Positions 12,338 to 23,422 of a stretch of 64,000 nt of DNA are shown one piece after another. How positions within the stretch are numbered: position 1 is the first letter of the stretch; every line of letters begins with the position of its first letter. A program made the position numbers and the translations under genes. The notes beneath the pieces were generated by a model, which was not told the DNA's origin, did not search any database, and saw nothing but the letters and a program-made list of their open reading frames with translations. Source of the DNA: Lama guanicoe (Eukaryota); NCBI GenBank assembly GCA_013239625.1, contig MU053881.1:12414879-12478878 (forward strand), given 5' to 3'.

Positions 12338-12529
12338 TTAAGGGCCCATTTCAGGAATTGTTGGAAGGTGGGTTATTCTGTAGTAACTATGCTTCAGTTG
12401 CCGTGCAGTCCGCCCAGAAACAATCCATTTCAACTTCTGAACATTTGGTTTGGAACACTTGTTTGATGCATATTCAGTTAAACACTTGGACACGAGCTCT
12501 TGCCAGAATGTCAAATCTCTGCCATTTAT
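12338..12529 (-). CDS. CCNG1: Cyclin G1 exon 6 coding part (INGRDLTFWQELVSKC...HLPTIPEMGP*)
   Basis: cacag|ATA acceptor, TAA at 12340-12338, then TTG|gtaaa donor (exon ends at 12335). Confidence 0.96.
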   Translation of the reverse strand: MNGRDLTFWQELVSKCLTEYASNKCSKPNVQKLKWIVSGRTARQLKHSYYRITHLPTIPEMGP

Positions 12530-12750
12530 CTGTGCATAAATTTTAAAAATATATTACTTAAAAGTCCTGCAGGTATTTAATTATAGTAGTAACTGCAATC
12601 TTATCAACATGTGTCTTTCCTTGTCAAAAAGTTTTGAGGATAAGCTACTTAAGTTTCATGTCAACACATGGCACATCTCATTTTACTTCAGGAACAAGTG
12701 TAGTTTCTTTCACAGCTGTTAACAGGATTTGGGCTATGACTCTGACATAC

Positions 12751-12849
12751 CTTGGAATGTTTCTGAAGATGTTCTATTCTTTCCGTTAACTCTACACACT
12801 TCTGTGCTTGGATTTCCAATGCAATGATAGACAATGCCAACACAGATGG
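12751..12849 (-). CDS. CCNG1: Cyclin G1 exon 5 (PSVLALSIIALEIQAQKCVELTERIEHLQKHSK)
   Basis: tttcag|CCA acceptor and AAG|gtatg donor; 99 nt, phase 0/0. Confidence 0.96.
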
Positions 12850-12928
12850 CTGAAAGAGATAAATTTTAAGTAAATGTTGAACATAAGAATAGGTGTATAA
12901 ATAGGTTTAATCTTTATAACATATTTAC

Positions 12929-13007
12929 CTTTGCTTTAGAAAATATAATCCTGCAGTAGCACGCCTTAAGTTGAGCTTCCAGTCTTTCAAAATTAAGGAT
13001 AGTCTTC
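12929..13007 (-). CDS. CCNG1: Cyclin G1 exon 4 (R-KTILNFERLEAQLKACYCRIIFSKAK)
   Basis: ttttaaag|G acceptor and AAG|gtaaa donor; 79 nt, which restores frame after the 254-nt exon 3. Confidence 0.95.
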
Positions 13008-13604
13008 CTTTAAAAAGAAAATGAGAATAATTTTATGTAGATAATTTTACATCCAGTCAAAATTATAGAAAAATAAGTCAATTTTTTTTATTTTTTGAAA
13101 AATAAGTCAATTTTAAAGTGATGTTTATGCACACTTAACATAGAAAATGAATTATCTGAAGTAAAGAATTCAGAGACATGAACATCTTAAGGATACCATA
13201 CATGAATTTTAAATAATTTGGGCAAAAACAGTAAAGTATCAGGCCCACAGTTATCAATGTTTCTTTTCATTTCATTTTAATCCATTTTTGAATCTAAAGT
13301 TCCTTTTTCCATAAATCTGTGTTACACACTTACCTATTAGATTCTATAACTACTCTATAAATGGAAAACATAATTTTTAAAAAGCTGAAATGTCCTTTAG
13401 TCTTAAGAATTAGCCTTCATCGACTTCAAGAAGCTACTGATGAAAGTTTTCTCACTTCTGCTGAAGAGTGAAGTCAAACTCAGAGCTGCGGTTGTCATTT
13501 TACTTATTTTGACTGGAATTCTCCCAGTGTATTGATTTTACATAAAATCCAGACAATACCATTCCAACTTCAAATCCCCTTTGTTAAGAACAAAGATCAC
13601 ATAC

Positions 13605-13858
13605 CTTTCATGTGGCAAATTTTCTTGAATGAGTGAGTAATAGAGTTGTAGAAATTGAAAGGCAGTAGTAGCTTTGACTTTCCAACACACCTTCTCCAAC
13701 ACAATCTTTTCCATTCTCATCAAATCTGAAACCGTGAACCTATACTGGCTTATTCGGATCAAGTCAGTTGCCAATGGGACATTCCTTTCCTCTTCTATTG
13801 ATTTTACAGCCAAATAGAAGCAGCTCAGTCCAACACACCCAAGGTGCTTGGGCTGTAC
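13605..13858 (-). CDS. CCNG1: Cyclin G1 exon 3 (VQPKHLGCVGLSCFYLAVKSIEEERNVPLATDLIRISQYRF...QENLPHE)
   Basis: ttttag|GTA acceptor and AAG|gtatg donor; 254 nt. Overlaps ORF 13538..13813 and encodes cyclin-box sequence. Confidence 0.97.
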
Positions 13859-14876
13859 CTAAAAAGACCATGTCTTTTATTATTATTCCATGTCTTTATC
13901 TTATTTCAGTTAAAAAAAAAGGATAATCTAAAACTCAGACCCATCATTTTGAAAATGTATCTCTGAGGTCTATTTCTCATGTGTGAAGCACTTAACAAGA
14001 TCTACTCAGACCTTAACTGTAGCCTATTAACCCTACATACCCACTTGGAACTAATTTTTTAGTAAACAGGCTAAGTTTCCTTATGTTTGGCCTCAGCACA
14101 TAAAAATTCTTACCTATTTTGGTTTGTTTAAATTACTGCAGAAAGCACTGTGTTCCAGTTGGACCAAATAAGTTACTTGGTCAAAGGCTTAAATGAGGAC
14201 TGAAATACCTTACAGCTTACGCACAAGAATGTTATGCTTTTCCAGGTTGTTTTCTTTGTAGTTAACACATATAAAATGTTTAAAAATACTTTGGCAAATA
14301 CTGTTTACTCTGCCCTATGTAAAAGCTCTATATACTACCAATCTTTTTTTATTTATCATTTTCTAAGTGTCTACAAGTCAAAATTTATCACCATCAAATT
14401 TCTGTCCACTTTAAGTTCCAGCTCAATTGAAACTTTAAGAAGCCTTTACTAGTATTTGTGCTCTCTCCTCTTAGAATCCCTCCAGCAATATATTTGTGCC
14501 TCTTTTGAGGTATAATGTAATTATTTTTCTTATTATGCTTTACCTATACGTTAACCAGTTCAAACATTATTCTCGCTAAAATTGTAACATACTAAAGGGA
14601 CAAATGTATGTTAGTCACCTGTGCACCATTTACACAGTCAAAGGTAGTGCTTGCACAGTGTCTAAAGAGTTGTTTAATTAGTCTGTTGAACAAGTTTCTT
14701 GAACCATTCCATTCAGCAAACATTGAGCTCTTTCTGTATCTGATGGATTGTGTTAGGTATTGAGGACTAAAAGATGAGTTTCATTTTAACTGTCACAATA
14801 TTTCATTACGTACCAGTGACCACAGGTGCACAGAGAAGTCAGATGTATTTTTAACAGTTAAACTCTGAAAGAAGGT

Positions 14877-14912
14877 GCCTCGTTAGTGCAGTAGGTCGCG
14901 TCAGTCTCATAA
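14877..14912 (+). pseudogene. 5'-half elongator tRNA-Met(CAT) tailless retropseudogene in CCNG1 intron 2
   Basis: GCCTCGTTAGTGCAGTAGGTCGCGTCAGTCTCATAA versus recalled tRNA-Met GCCTCGTTAGCGCAGTAGGTAGCGCGTCAGTCTCATAA. 12-bp direct repeats AAACTCTGAAAG at 14860-14871 and 14911-14922. Confidence 0.85.
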
Positions 14913-15537
14913 ACTCTGAAAGCTACACACAAGTCTTTCTTATCCAATATAGAGAATAATTATATATAAATAGTCCTCCAGAAGATACTCTTTACTATAT
15001 GCAAACTTAGGCTGAAAATGCCAAGCATAAGCAAGACTGGAGGGAATATAAGGCTAAAATAATTAGAACTTTATTATCTATGAATAGAGATTAAGAAATA
15101 CATGCTATCAAAAGGTGGTTGACAGCATCAGCAAAAAGAAAAAAAAAAAAGAAACAAATATTCTCTAATTCTTAACCCACAACCTAGCATTCTGCCTCTA
15201 ACACATTTCTCTAAATTAAAAACAACAGTAAGTAAATGAAAATGCCAACCTACCAAGACTTTTAAACACAACAGCCAACTCTCCTACTGGGAAACTCTGC
15301 AATTAATTATTTCATATGAGACTATTTTTCAGTGTCAGAAGTTAAGTCTAACAAATGATGCATTACTCTTGGTTAAAGGAAGAGTATCAATGCTGTACAT
15401 AGAATTACCATAATGTTACTTGTTGAAAACAAAAAAAGGTCAAGATTATGAATATCAGCCCAAAGGTAGCAATACCATCTCCAAAACACATTGAGCAGAA
15501 CCATGAAATACTCAGGGTAATGTAGCTTTAAACATAC

Positions 15538-15801
15538 CTTCATTTTTGACAGGAATCTGTCCAGTAAATTCACAGCTAGAGAAAACGTCTCTGTGTCAAA
15601 GCCAAAGAATTGAGTTAGACTGAGAAGATCTTTTACTTCAAAGTCCCTTAGTCGTGCAGTCATCCTAAGGCCATTATCGTGGGCAGATTCAATCAGTCTC
15701 AAGCCGCAGACCTTTGGCTGACATCTCGTCTCCTGTTCCAACAGGGCATTCAGCTGGTGTAGCAGTTTCTGAGAGTCAGTTGTTGTCAGTACCTCTATCA
15801 T
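15538..15801 (-). CDS. CCNG1: Cyclin G1 exon 2, first coding exon (MIEVLTTTDSQKLLHQLNALLEQE...LLDRFLSKMK)
   Basis: ORF 15373..15801 begins with the cyclin G1 N-terminus; tatag|ATG acceptor and AAG|gtatg donor. The five coding exons sum to 264+254+79+99+192 = 888 nt = 295 aa plus stop. Confidence 0.98.
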
Positions 15802-16084
15802 CTATATATAGAACAAAGCCCAGAAAGGAGTGAAAGAACAGCCTTTCCAGCCTTGGGTTGTGCCAAGTGCTTTATAACAGAAGTCTCCCCTCCCTCAATG
15901 CTGCTGGTGAAACTAAGTCATTGCAAAGTGCCATGTACTGCTCTTCCCCTCCCCAACCAGTTGGTCATATCCTAAACTGTGAGTTCCTAGAGGGCTGGAG
16001 CTATGCCTTTTTAAAGAAGAAAAATGCAAATCTGCATGCAAAAACTTTGAAATTCTGACATTAATGAACAATTTAAACTGTTCA

Positions 16085-16240
16085 AGTTGGCCAACTTTTT
16101 TTAGTCTGTATTTCCTGATCTGTAAAGTGGGTATGAGGTTATTACCTACTTCATAGACTTGTATGAATGAATGAGAGCACCCAGGTACATATGTACTTAG
16201 CAGATATATTAGGTGCCTAATAAACACTGGACAATAATAA
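16085..16240 (+). mobile_element. MIR SINE fragment in CCNG1 intron 1
   Basis: tttcctgatctgtaaagtggg...tacctacttcatag...cttagcag...taggtgcctaataaac resembles the MIR core and tail. Confidence 0.7.
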
Positions 16241-16688
16241 GGAGCTTATTTCTAGTCTGCCTCTTTGAATGGCTGTAAAGATAAAACAAGATGATTCAAT
16301 TAAAGAGTTTAGCATAGCTGTTAACTTTTATTGGCGTTAGAAAAAGAAGCGTAAGGGGTGCCATGGGAGCACGCAATGGGGGGCGGAGGATAATCCAGCC
16401 AGCAAGAGGAACCTGGGATTTCATTAATTTAAGACACTGCTGAACGTCTATTATGTCCAGGGCACAGGCTAAGCCCTGGATACACGGACGGTCCCGCCCT
16501 CCCCGCCCCAACAACCACAAGACAGGAAGGCAGGGGCTCTTTAGGGTTGGGAGACGGAAGGGGTGGGCAGAGGTGGAAACACTAACTTTTTGGGCCCTAC
16601 TCTTTCGCCCCGGGGCTGGTGCCCGGGACGGGGCGGACCTGACTAAGACATCTCAGGAGGGCGGACCTGGCCCCGCCCCTCCAGGCTC

Positions 16689-16708
16689 AGACTAGCCTGA
16701 ACTTGTTG
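16689..16708. promoter_or_regulatory. p53 response element in CCNG1 intron 1
   Basis: AGACTAGCCT GAACTTGTTG is two RRRCWWGYYY half-sites with no spacer, 19/20 match. CCNG1 is an established p53 target. Confidence 0.88.
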
Positions 16709-16824
16709 CTCACAGCAGCGGAGCGTAAACCGAGGACAAGGGCGCGAGACCTACCCCTTTCCCCGCGCCCCCCAACCCTGCTCCCTACCCGCACCCCGAG
16801 GTCAGCCCCGCAATCCCAGCTCAC

Positions 16825-17040
16825 CTTGATGGCGACTGCAGCTCCTCAGCGGTAACCACCCTCCCCGGGCCTGCTCTCACCTCACCCCACGATATTAGAT
16901 CCGAGAAGCCTACGAGGCGAGGGGACTCGCGGGCGAGAGAGGAGAGGCCCGGGGAGGGGGAGCCGTCCTGGGTGGAGGTCTCCGCAGCGCCGCCCAGACG
17001 ACGCTGCCCTCCTCAGGGTCAGCTCGGAGCAGAAGGGGCC
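16825..17040 (-). other. CCNG1: CCNG1 non-coding exon 1 (5'UTR; TSS approximate)
   Basis: GC-rich, with donor CAAG|gtgagc at 16824-16823, and resembles the recalled human 5'UTR. A TATA-like TATATTA lies at 17063-17057 on the minus strand. Confidence 0.8.
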
Positions 17041-18529
17041 GCGGCTGGCCTCCTGAGTAATATATTGGAGGGCGGGGCTTTCCTGCAGAGGTGGGGCGGG
17101 AATTGAGCACTTTCGCCGCTGATTGGTGTAATTCTTTTGATGGATGGCTCCAGCTGCCAAAGAGGACTGGTCGTAGAGGGACGAAGCCCGGCCAATCAGC
17201 GCACAGTTTTTAACGATCCCGGAGTCAAATTCTCCGCCCCTTTAGACCACGCCCCCTATCCCTAAGGGTCTTCTCATTGGAGGATTTCCCCGAGCGTCTT
17301 CACTGAAGAGGAGGGGGAGCTAAGCGGAGCGTGCACCAACCCATGCTCGGGTAAGGCCTCTGCCGGCTGGCGGATTGGCTAGAATATTGTTCCAGAACCT
17401 ACTGGGAGTTTCAGTTCCGTTCTCTTCATTGGAGTGGTTCTGCCCTCTCTTTCTAAAAGTATGGCGCCTACTTAAAAAAAAAAAAAATTAAAGCCCTGGC
17501 TTTTTCTGAGGTGGTGGGTTTTGATGATGTGGTTTATTAAATTGCCAGAAGTTTCTCTGTGTGGGCTTTGGAAATCCCTTGTTCCCTGCCTTTGTAGCTT
17601 TTCGTATAATTTATCAAAGAGTGGAGTTCGGCTACGTGAATTCTTGGTCTTCTACCAATTTCCTGAATTCGATTTTTGAGAGAGCTGGAATAGAAAAGTT
17701 GGTGGTTCCTCAGCGGCTTCCCGGGAGAGGTGTGTGGTTGACTCTTGAGGGGAATGTGTAGGTGGACTACCTGCGGTGACTGAATCTCAGGCCGCAGATC
17801 CGTGTGTGAAGCAATATTCTTTTTGCTTACTGTCCGTGAACTTCACCTCTGATTGTGAGCCTGTGCGCGGTTAGAGGGGAGAATATTTAGTCGAAGCCTT
17901 CCTGGGCGCCTTCGCTCTTTCCTTCCCTGTTGTCGCAAATGCGAAGGGTCTAAGACCACACGGGGACCGGTGAGAGAGAAGCTGGTATAGGTGGTACCTT
18001 GATGTGCCTGTTCGCGTGGCCTCTTCCTGGTTAGTGGCTCTCTGGGCTTTGAAAAAAAGCAAAAATGCGAGAGATTGGTTGGCCTCTCTGCTGTGTGATT
18101 CCCCGAGGCAAGGACACCGGACCAAGCCCTGAAATTGGGGGCAGAGTTGTGGGGAGAAAGGAGGAGGGAAAACTGGGGAGAAAAAATTAATACCTCAGAA
18201 CAGTACCTCAGGTCAGTTTGACAAAGCCGTCGCCTTTCAAATGGTGAAGGGGCCTTGGTCCTCCTTGGAAGTAAACTCAGGGAATGAATATAAAAGGGCA
18301 ATTTGAAACATTTAAAAAGTTCTTTTTACCATGATGGATGAGTTTGCAGAGATACATGTTTCTCCTTTGGTAACAGAACAGAATTGTCAGTAAAATGAGG
18401 AGTAGACAGATAGGTCCATGCACTCTTTCACTGATGTTTATTGAACACATAGTATGTGCCAGTGGAGGACAAAATATACTGGTTCCTGTTGGTGTGGAAT
18501 ACGTGGTCTTGTGGACCATGTAAACATAC

Positions 18530-18760
18530 AGACTTTGGGATAAGTCTCACTTATTTTCAAATCATAGGCTACTAACTAGCTGTGACTTGTAGCAAGTTTT
18601 TAACCACATTCAGTTTCCATTTTCTTTTCTTAAAAATAGGAAGTAAAAGTACCTTATTCACTGGGATTTTGAGAGGATTAAATAATGCCAAATACATGAA
18701 GCGGTAGGCATTGTGCCCAGAGCACAGTGAATACTTGATAAATGGTAGCCTTTATTATTA
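18530..18760 (+). mobile_element. MIR SINE
   Basis: ctactaactagctgtgact...aagttttaaccac...cagtttcc...gagaggattaaataatg...taaatggtagcc. Confidence 0.75.
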
Positions 18761-21039
18761 AATTACTAACATTTCTTTTGAAATGTCTTGCTTAAACATA
18801 CGTTTGATTCTGTTTTGTCTATTGTTAGACTTCGTCTTCTATTCTCACCCTAGAATCAGAATATTAGAATTGTTTATATAACACTAATAAATGTGTCTAA
18901 GTTACATGTATCAATTTCTACACCTCATTTATACTTAAAATTTTCACATGCAACTTTAGCTAATTTACCATCATCTATGTAATAAAAATGTTTTCTCTTA
19001 CATTAGGATCTTATTATTCTTTTTATTAAATTGGAAATTCCTACATGAAAAAACAATGGTTTCAGTAGCACTGAGGAAACATTGATTAAATATAAATCAA
19101 GTCAAATAGACATTTTTTTACCTTTTCTCCTTCCCCTCACCTCCACTGTTATTTTTATTCCGTAATAGTGGAATACAGGCTATCATTTAAATAATTTAAA
19201 AGTCCTGATTAGCAAAATGTGCAAACATAAGACTCAATTATGTACTATTGTAAAAGAAAGAAAATGAGCCTTTCATTAAGTGTGATTTTACATTTAAAAA
19301 CATGTAGGTTTACTAATGAGTCTCTTTCAGGAATTGTGTAAATGATTGACTTCTAGGGTATTTTCTAGGCTCAGTGATATATTCAGCTACCATCTTCATA
19401 ATTTTCTCCTCTGTCAACAATTAAGTGCAGCTCAGAATAATGGCCTTTTGACTGGGCAAGAATCCCAGGCAGTTACAGGAAGATTTAATCCTCTTCTCCA
19501 CATTGTAGACTATAGAAGTGCCTTGAGCCACAAAAATTATAACAAGCAGGTATAGCAGTGGTGGTTTGTCAAATGCTGCCCTGACTCCTAGGGAAATTCC
19601 TAATTGATTCTGTTTTCATCCTGGAAAGTGGAGGAATCTTTGTACCTCACCTTCTGTTGAAGCTCCCTGATGAATGTCCACAACTTTTGGATGTAGGTTT
19701 GTCCAACTGTGATGAGGGCCGAAAAAGTGAGAATCAAAAGGATCTCAGCTAAGTCTCCTGGCCTCTACTTCCTGATCCTTCCTGGAATTACTTATTGCAG
19801 CCGCCTCCACCTCTCAGCTGTTCTCTAGTGCATCTGCTTTGCCTTAGAAGAGAACTTTCTTGGCAGTGGCTTCTTGGAGACTTCATTAGCTTCTGTGATA
19901 ACAGAGAAACTATGTATAGTTTGGGTGGTGATGGGGAGGCAGGGAGAAGGATACATAATAAACAGATTAATAATGTCAGGTGTACCTTGCCATTCAGAAA
20001 TTCTAGCTACCTCAGATAAAGTAACCAGTCCCAGTGAATTAAGGTGTTACTGTATTCCATGAAAAATTAAACTTCACTTGTAACCACTACTATACAAAGG
20101 CACTGGGAGATGTTAGGCAGAGCTCTCCCACTCGCCAGCATCTAGTCTAATGGCCAGTCTCTGTTGAGTACAGAGCTTAAAGCCAAGCCAGCCAGTCATG
20201 AGAAGAGTTTGCATTTGTTTTATATTCTTCATGTGCCAGGCTGTGAGCTGAACTTAAATATACAATCTTATTTAGTCCTCTAACAGCTCTGACAGTATTA
20301 CTTTCTTCAGAAATGAGGTATATTTTGTACACCTCCTGTTTAGTTACTACTATTTACTGTTTACTAGGTATACTTACTGTTTATGTAACTTGAGTTTGGA
20401 TTTTACAGCATTTAAAAAAAAGTTTTTGTTTGGGTACATTTAAAACTCATTACCCAATGTCAGCAGTCGTCAACGGTTTGCCCCTGTTCCCTATTTACTT
20501 TCTGTTTGGCCATTCAATGAGTATTTACTTAGGACTCTCTAGGTGCCACACCATTATGTTTTGTAGTCCCAGATTAACAATGTTACAGTTTGGGGCTGCA
20601 GGGTGTGTTGGCTCCTGTTCTCTGTGAAGGAAGGAAAGGTTGGAAGGATGGGCTGTGTCATTCTCCAGGCATATCTCTTCTCTAGTCTGAAGCCCACACT
20701 GAAAGTATGTCTGGGATCTGCTGCTTTGGTAGGAGAAGGTGGAGATGGGAAGAGGCTAGGCTGCTAACTTTCCTCACAAAACTGTGTGCCCACGCACACA
20801 CATATTCACACAGACTTATACACACAGACACACACAAAAGTCTTGACAGAGTTGAGATTTGGGAAATGAAGTATTTGCACTTTCTAATCCAGCTTTTTTG
20901 TCCCTTTGAGTTGTGCTAGAATAAGGAGCCTTATAAATCAGAACTTCTGTTCTCTAGGTTGGCCTGAAACTGGTGAAAGCCTTCCTTGCTTCAGGTCACC
21001 ACTTTCCTCATTTCTTTAGCCTTTCTATAACTCATGATC

Positions 21040-22170
21040 TGAGTTTTGAAAGGTATGGCCGAGTGAAGAGGCTGGTACAAAAGGCATTTTAGACAAAATC
21101 AACAGTGTATGCAAAGGCACAGAGGAAAGAGAAAGAAGGTTGATTTTTACAGATGAAAGATAGATTAGTCTGGCTCAAATGTGGAGGGTGTTGAGGTGGT
21201 GTCTAGCAATGAGCTGGGGAGGGAAGCAGTTGCTTATCCTCAAGACCAGGAATACCATATATACCATTATTGGAATTTTGGACTTTATTTTATAGGCTTT
21301 GGGAAACCAGTCTTGGAATTTAAAGAGAATGCCACAATTGGATTTGTGATTTAGAGTGATCACTTGGCATCAGTGTGAGGACTGGAAAGAGGGGACCAAG
21401 AGTGGAGGCAGAAAGAGCAGGTAAGAGGTCATTGCCTTAACCTAGGAAAAATTGAGATGATTGAACTGAGGGAGTGAGCACAGGAGTGGGAAGAAGGAGT
21501 TGGATTCAGGGGACCTTAGGAGGTTGAGCAAATGGATAGTGGTGATAGATTAGATTTGATTGATTAGGGAATCAGGATGAAGGAGGAGTCAGGAATAATG
21601 TTCAGATTTCTGGTTTCAGCCAAAGGTTGAGTGGAGATTCTATTTTTAATGTGCTGAGATCGAGGAATACAGGAAAAGGACCAAGTTTGTGCAGAAAGAT
21701 GTGGAGCTAGAGATGCTTGAGGAAATTCCAGGTGGAGTTGTCTAGAGGGTACCCAGAGAAGCGTTTGGTGCTATAGATAGCTTTGGAACTCATCAGAATA
21801 TATGAGGAGATTTCAGTCCTGGAAGTAGATGAGTTAGGGACGATTGAAGATGGTAAGAGAAGCCTAAGGGGAGAGTCTAGGGAACAAGGGTCTCTGAAGG
21901 GATGTAGAAGGACAGGACATGTTACAGGAATCAAGAAAAAGTGTTTTAAGGAGAGAGTGAGCACCAGTATCTGATGCTGCAAGGAGGCTAAAATGAAGTG
22001 TGAAAACCATAGAAAGTGACATCTATGAATATGTAAACCACTCTTGCAGGGAGCTGGACTGTGAGGGATAGAGTCCCCGGACAGAGAGTGGAGATGGTGT
22101 TGAGAGAGATATTTTGCTTTTCAAAGATGAGCTAGACTTGTGCATGTTTAAATAATGACAGGAAAGAGCC
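21040..22170 (-). mobile_element. L2 LINE fragment
   Basis: Purine-rich antisense L2 motifs gcaaaggcacagagg, gaaggaggagtcaggaataatg...tttctggttt, ccaggtggagttgtctag. Confidence 0.7.
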
Positions 22171-22604
22171 AGCAGAGAAAAAGAAGTATCTGCCTACTGG
22201 AACAATCTAAGTCCTCATATGACAATAGTCAATTTGCATTCAGTCAGCTGTATTGTTATAGAAGCTTCTAGTCAAATACTCACAGACTACAATGGAAGCG
22301 AACAACACAAAGGGACAGAAATTCTATGTTTAGCATATGCTTAAAATTCTCTGAATTGATGTTAAGTAATACTACTACATGCTTTATAAATGTTTATGTT
22401 TGCTATAGCTACTTTGTATTCATCATTTCCAGCTTCAAATTATGCAAAGTATTCTTGATTTAAAATATACTGGCTTGTCAGGTTTAGGAGCTTTATAAAT
22501 GTGTTGGAGTAAGATTAATAAAGACATGCATTTTATGTACCAAGGTGTAGTTAAAGTATAATAAAACACGGTATCGATTTGATGAAGCCCTTAAAAAAAT
22601 CTAG

Positions 22605-22690
22605 GTTTACACCATAAGTATGACTGAAACATTATGCTGTACATCAGAAACTGACACATTGTAAACTGACTATATGTCAATAAAAAAAAA
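22605..22690 (+). mobile_element. Very short 5'-truncated L1 3' terminus
   Basis: tatgactgaaacattatgctgtacatcagaaactgacacattgtaaactgactata followed by AATAAA and an A tail. TSD AAAAAAATCTAG at 22593-22604 and 22686-22697, at a TT/AAAA site. Confidence 0.8.
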
Positions 22691-23422
22691 AATCTAGCTT
22701 CGGTTGGAAGTAAGCCATACATAAGTTTAGCTCAAATAGAATGAAAAATAGAATAAAAACTTTAGGCACATTATGGAAGTTCCTATTTTTAACGGAAATA
22801 AACATATATTTACATCATACAACCATAAATAAGTATGTGTGAGCATGGAAATATGTGGATGTGATAAGTAATACTGCCAAATGGCATAGAGGCAGATTTT
22901 CCTATAACACATTTCCTGTCAATCCTGGCCCTGTAGAGGAATTTATAATAACAGAAAGCAATGGTTTGGTTGAGACACAAAAGGACAGACTACAGTCTGG
23001 GTCTCATTTTCCGCAGTCACTATCTCCCACCCTCCATGCTTTCATATTTTAACTGGGCAAATAATAACACTATTACGGCAAAGGTTGTTGTGAGGAATAA
23101 CTGAACTAATACTTGGAAAGAGCAAGGACTCAATACATGTTAGATATTATTATCTGTAGAAATAAGTAACCTTCTGTGAGATAGATAAATTACAACACTG
23201 TTGACGTCAATTACTGAATATATTTAAACTAAGCAATCTTATCAAGGTCTTTGCTCTTTTTCTCTTACAATAATAAGTTAGTCTTCCAGTTGTTTTTACT
23301 TTAAAGTGGATATTCATGTCCTAATATGCCAAATACAAGACCTCATAAACCAGGAGGAGTTGACTTAATACAAATCAGCTAACAAACATAAACCAGTATT
23401 ACAGGTTTTTCTTTAGTCTTTC

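Larger units (their letters stand above)
16480..17440 (-). promoter_or_regulatory. CCNG1 CpG-island promoter with GC boxes and six CCAAT boxes
   Basis: Dense CpG. GGGCGG at 17070 and 17094, CCGCCC at 17234. CCAAT/ATTGG at 17064, 17122, 17192, 17276, 17374 and 17428. Confidence 0.85.

Noticed and set aside
14877..14912. Functional tRNA-Met gene
   Set aside because: It lacks the 3' half (T-arm/B-box and the 3' acceptor strand) and cannot fold into a cloverleaf.
15373..15537. Hydrophobic C-terminal extension of the 142-aa CCNG1 ORF as a membrane-anchored isoform
   Set aside because: It is read-through into T-rich intron 2 past a good AAG|gtatg donor, with no supporting evidence.
17843..18301. 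152-aa ORF upstream of CCNG1
   Set aside because: Non-ATG start and no recognisable domain; expected by chance in the GC-richer promoter flank.
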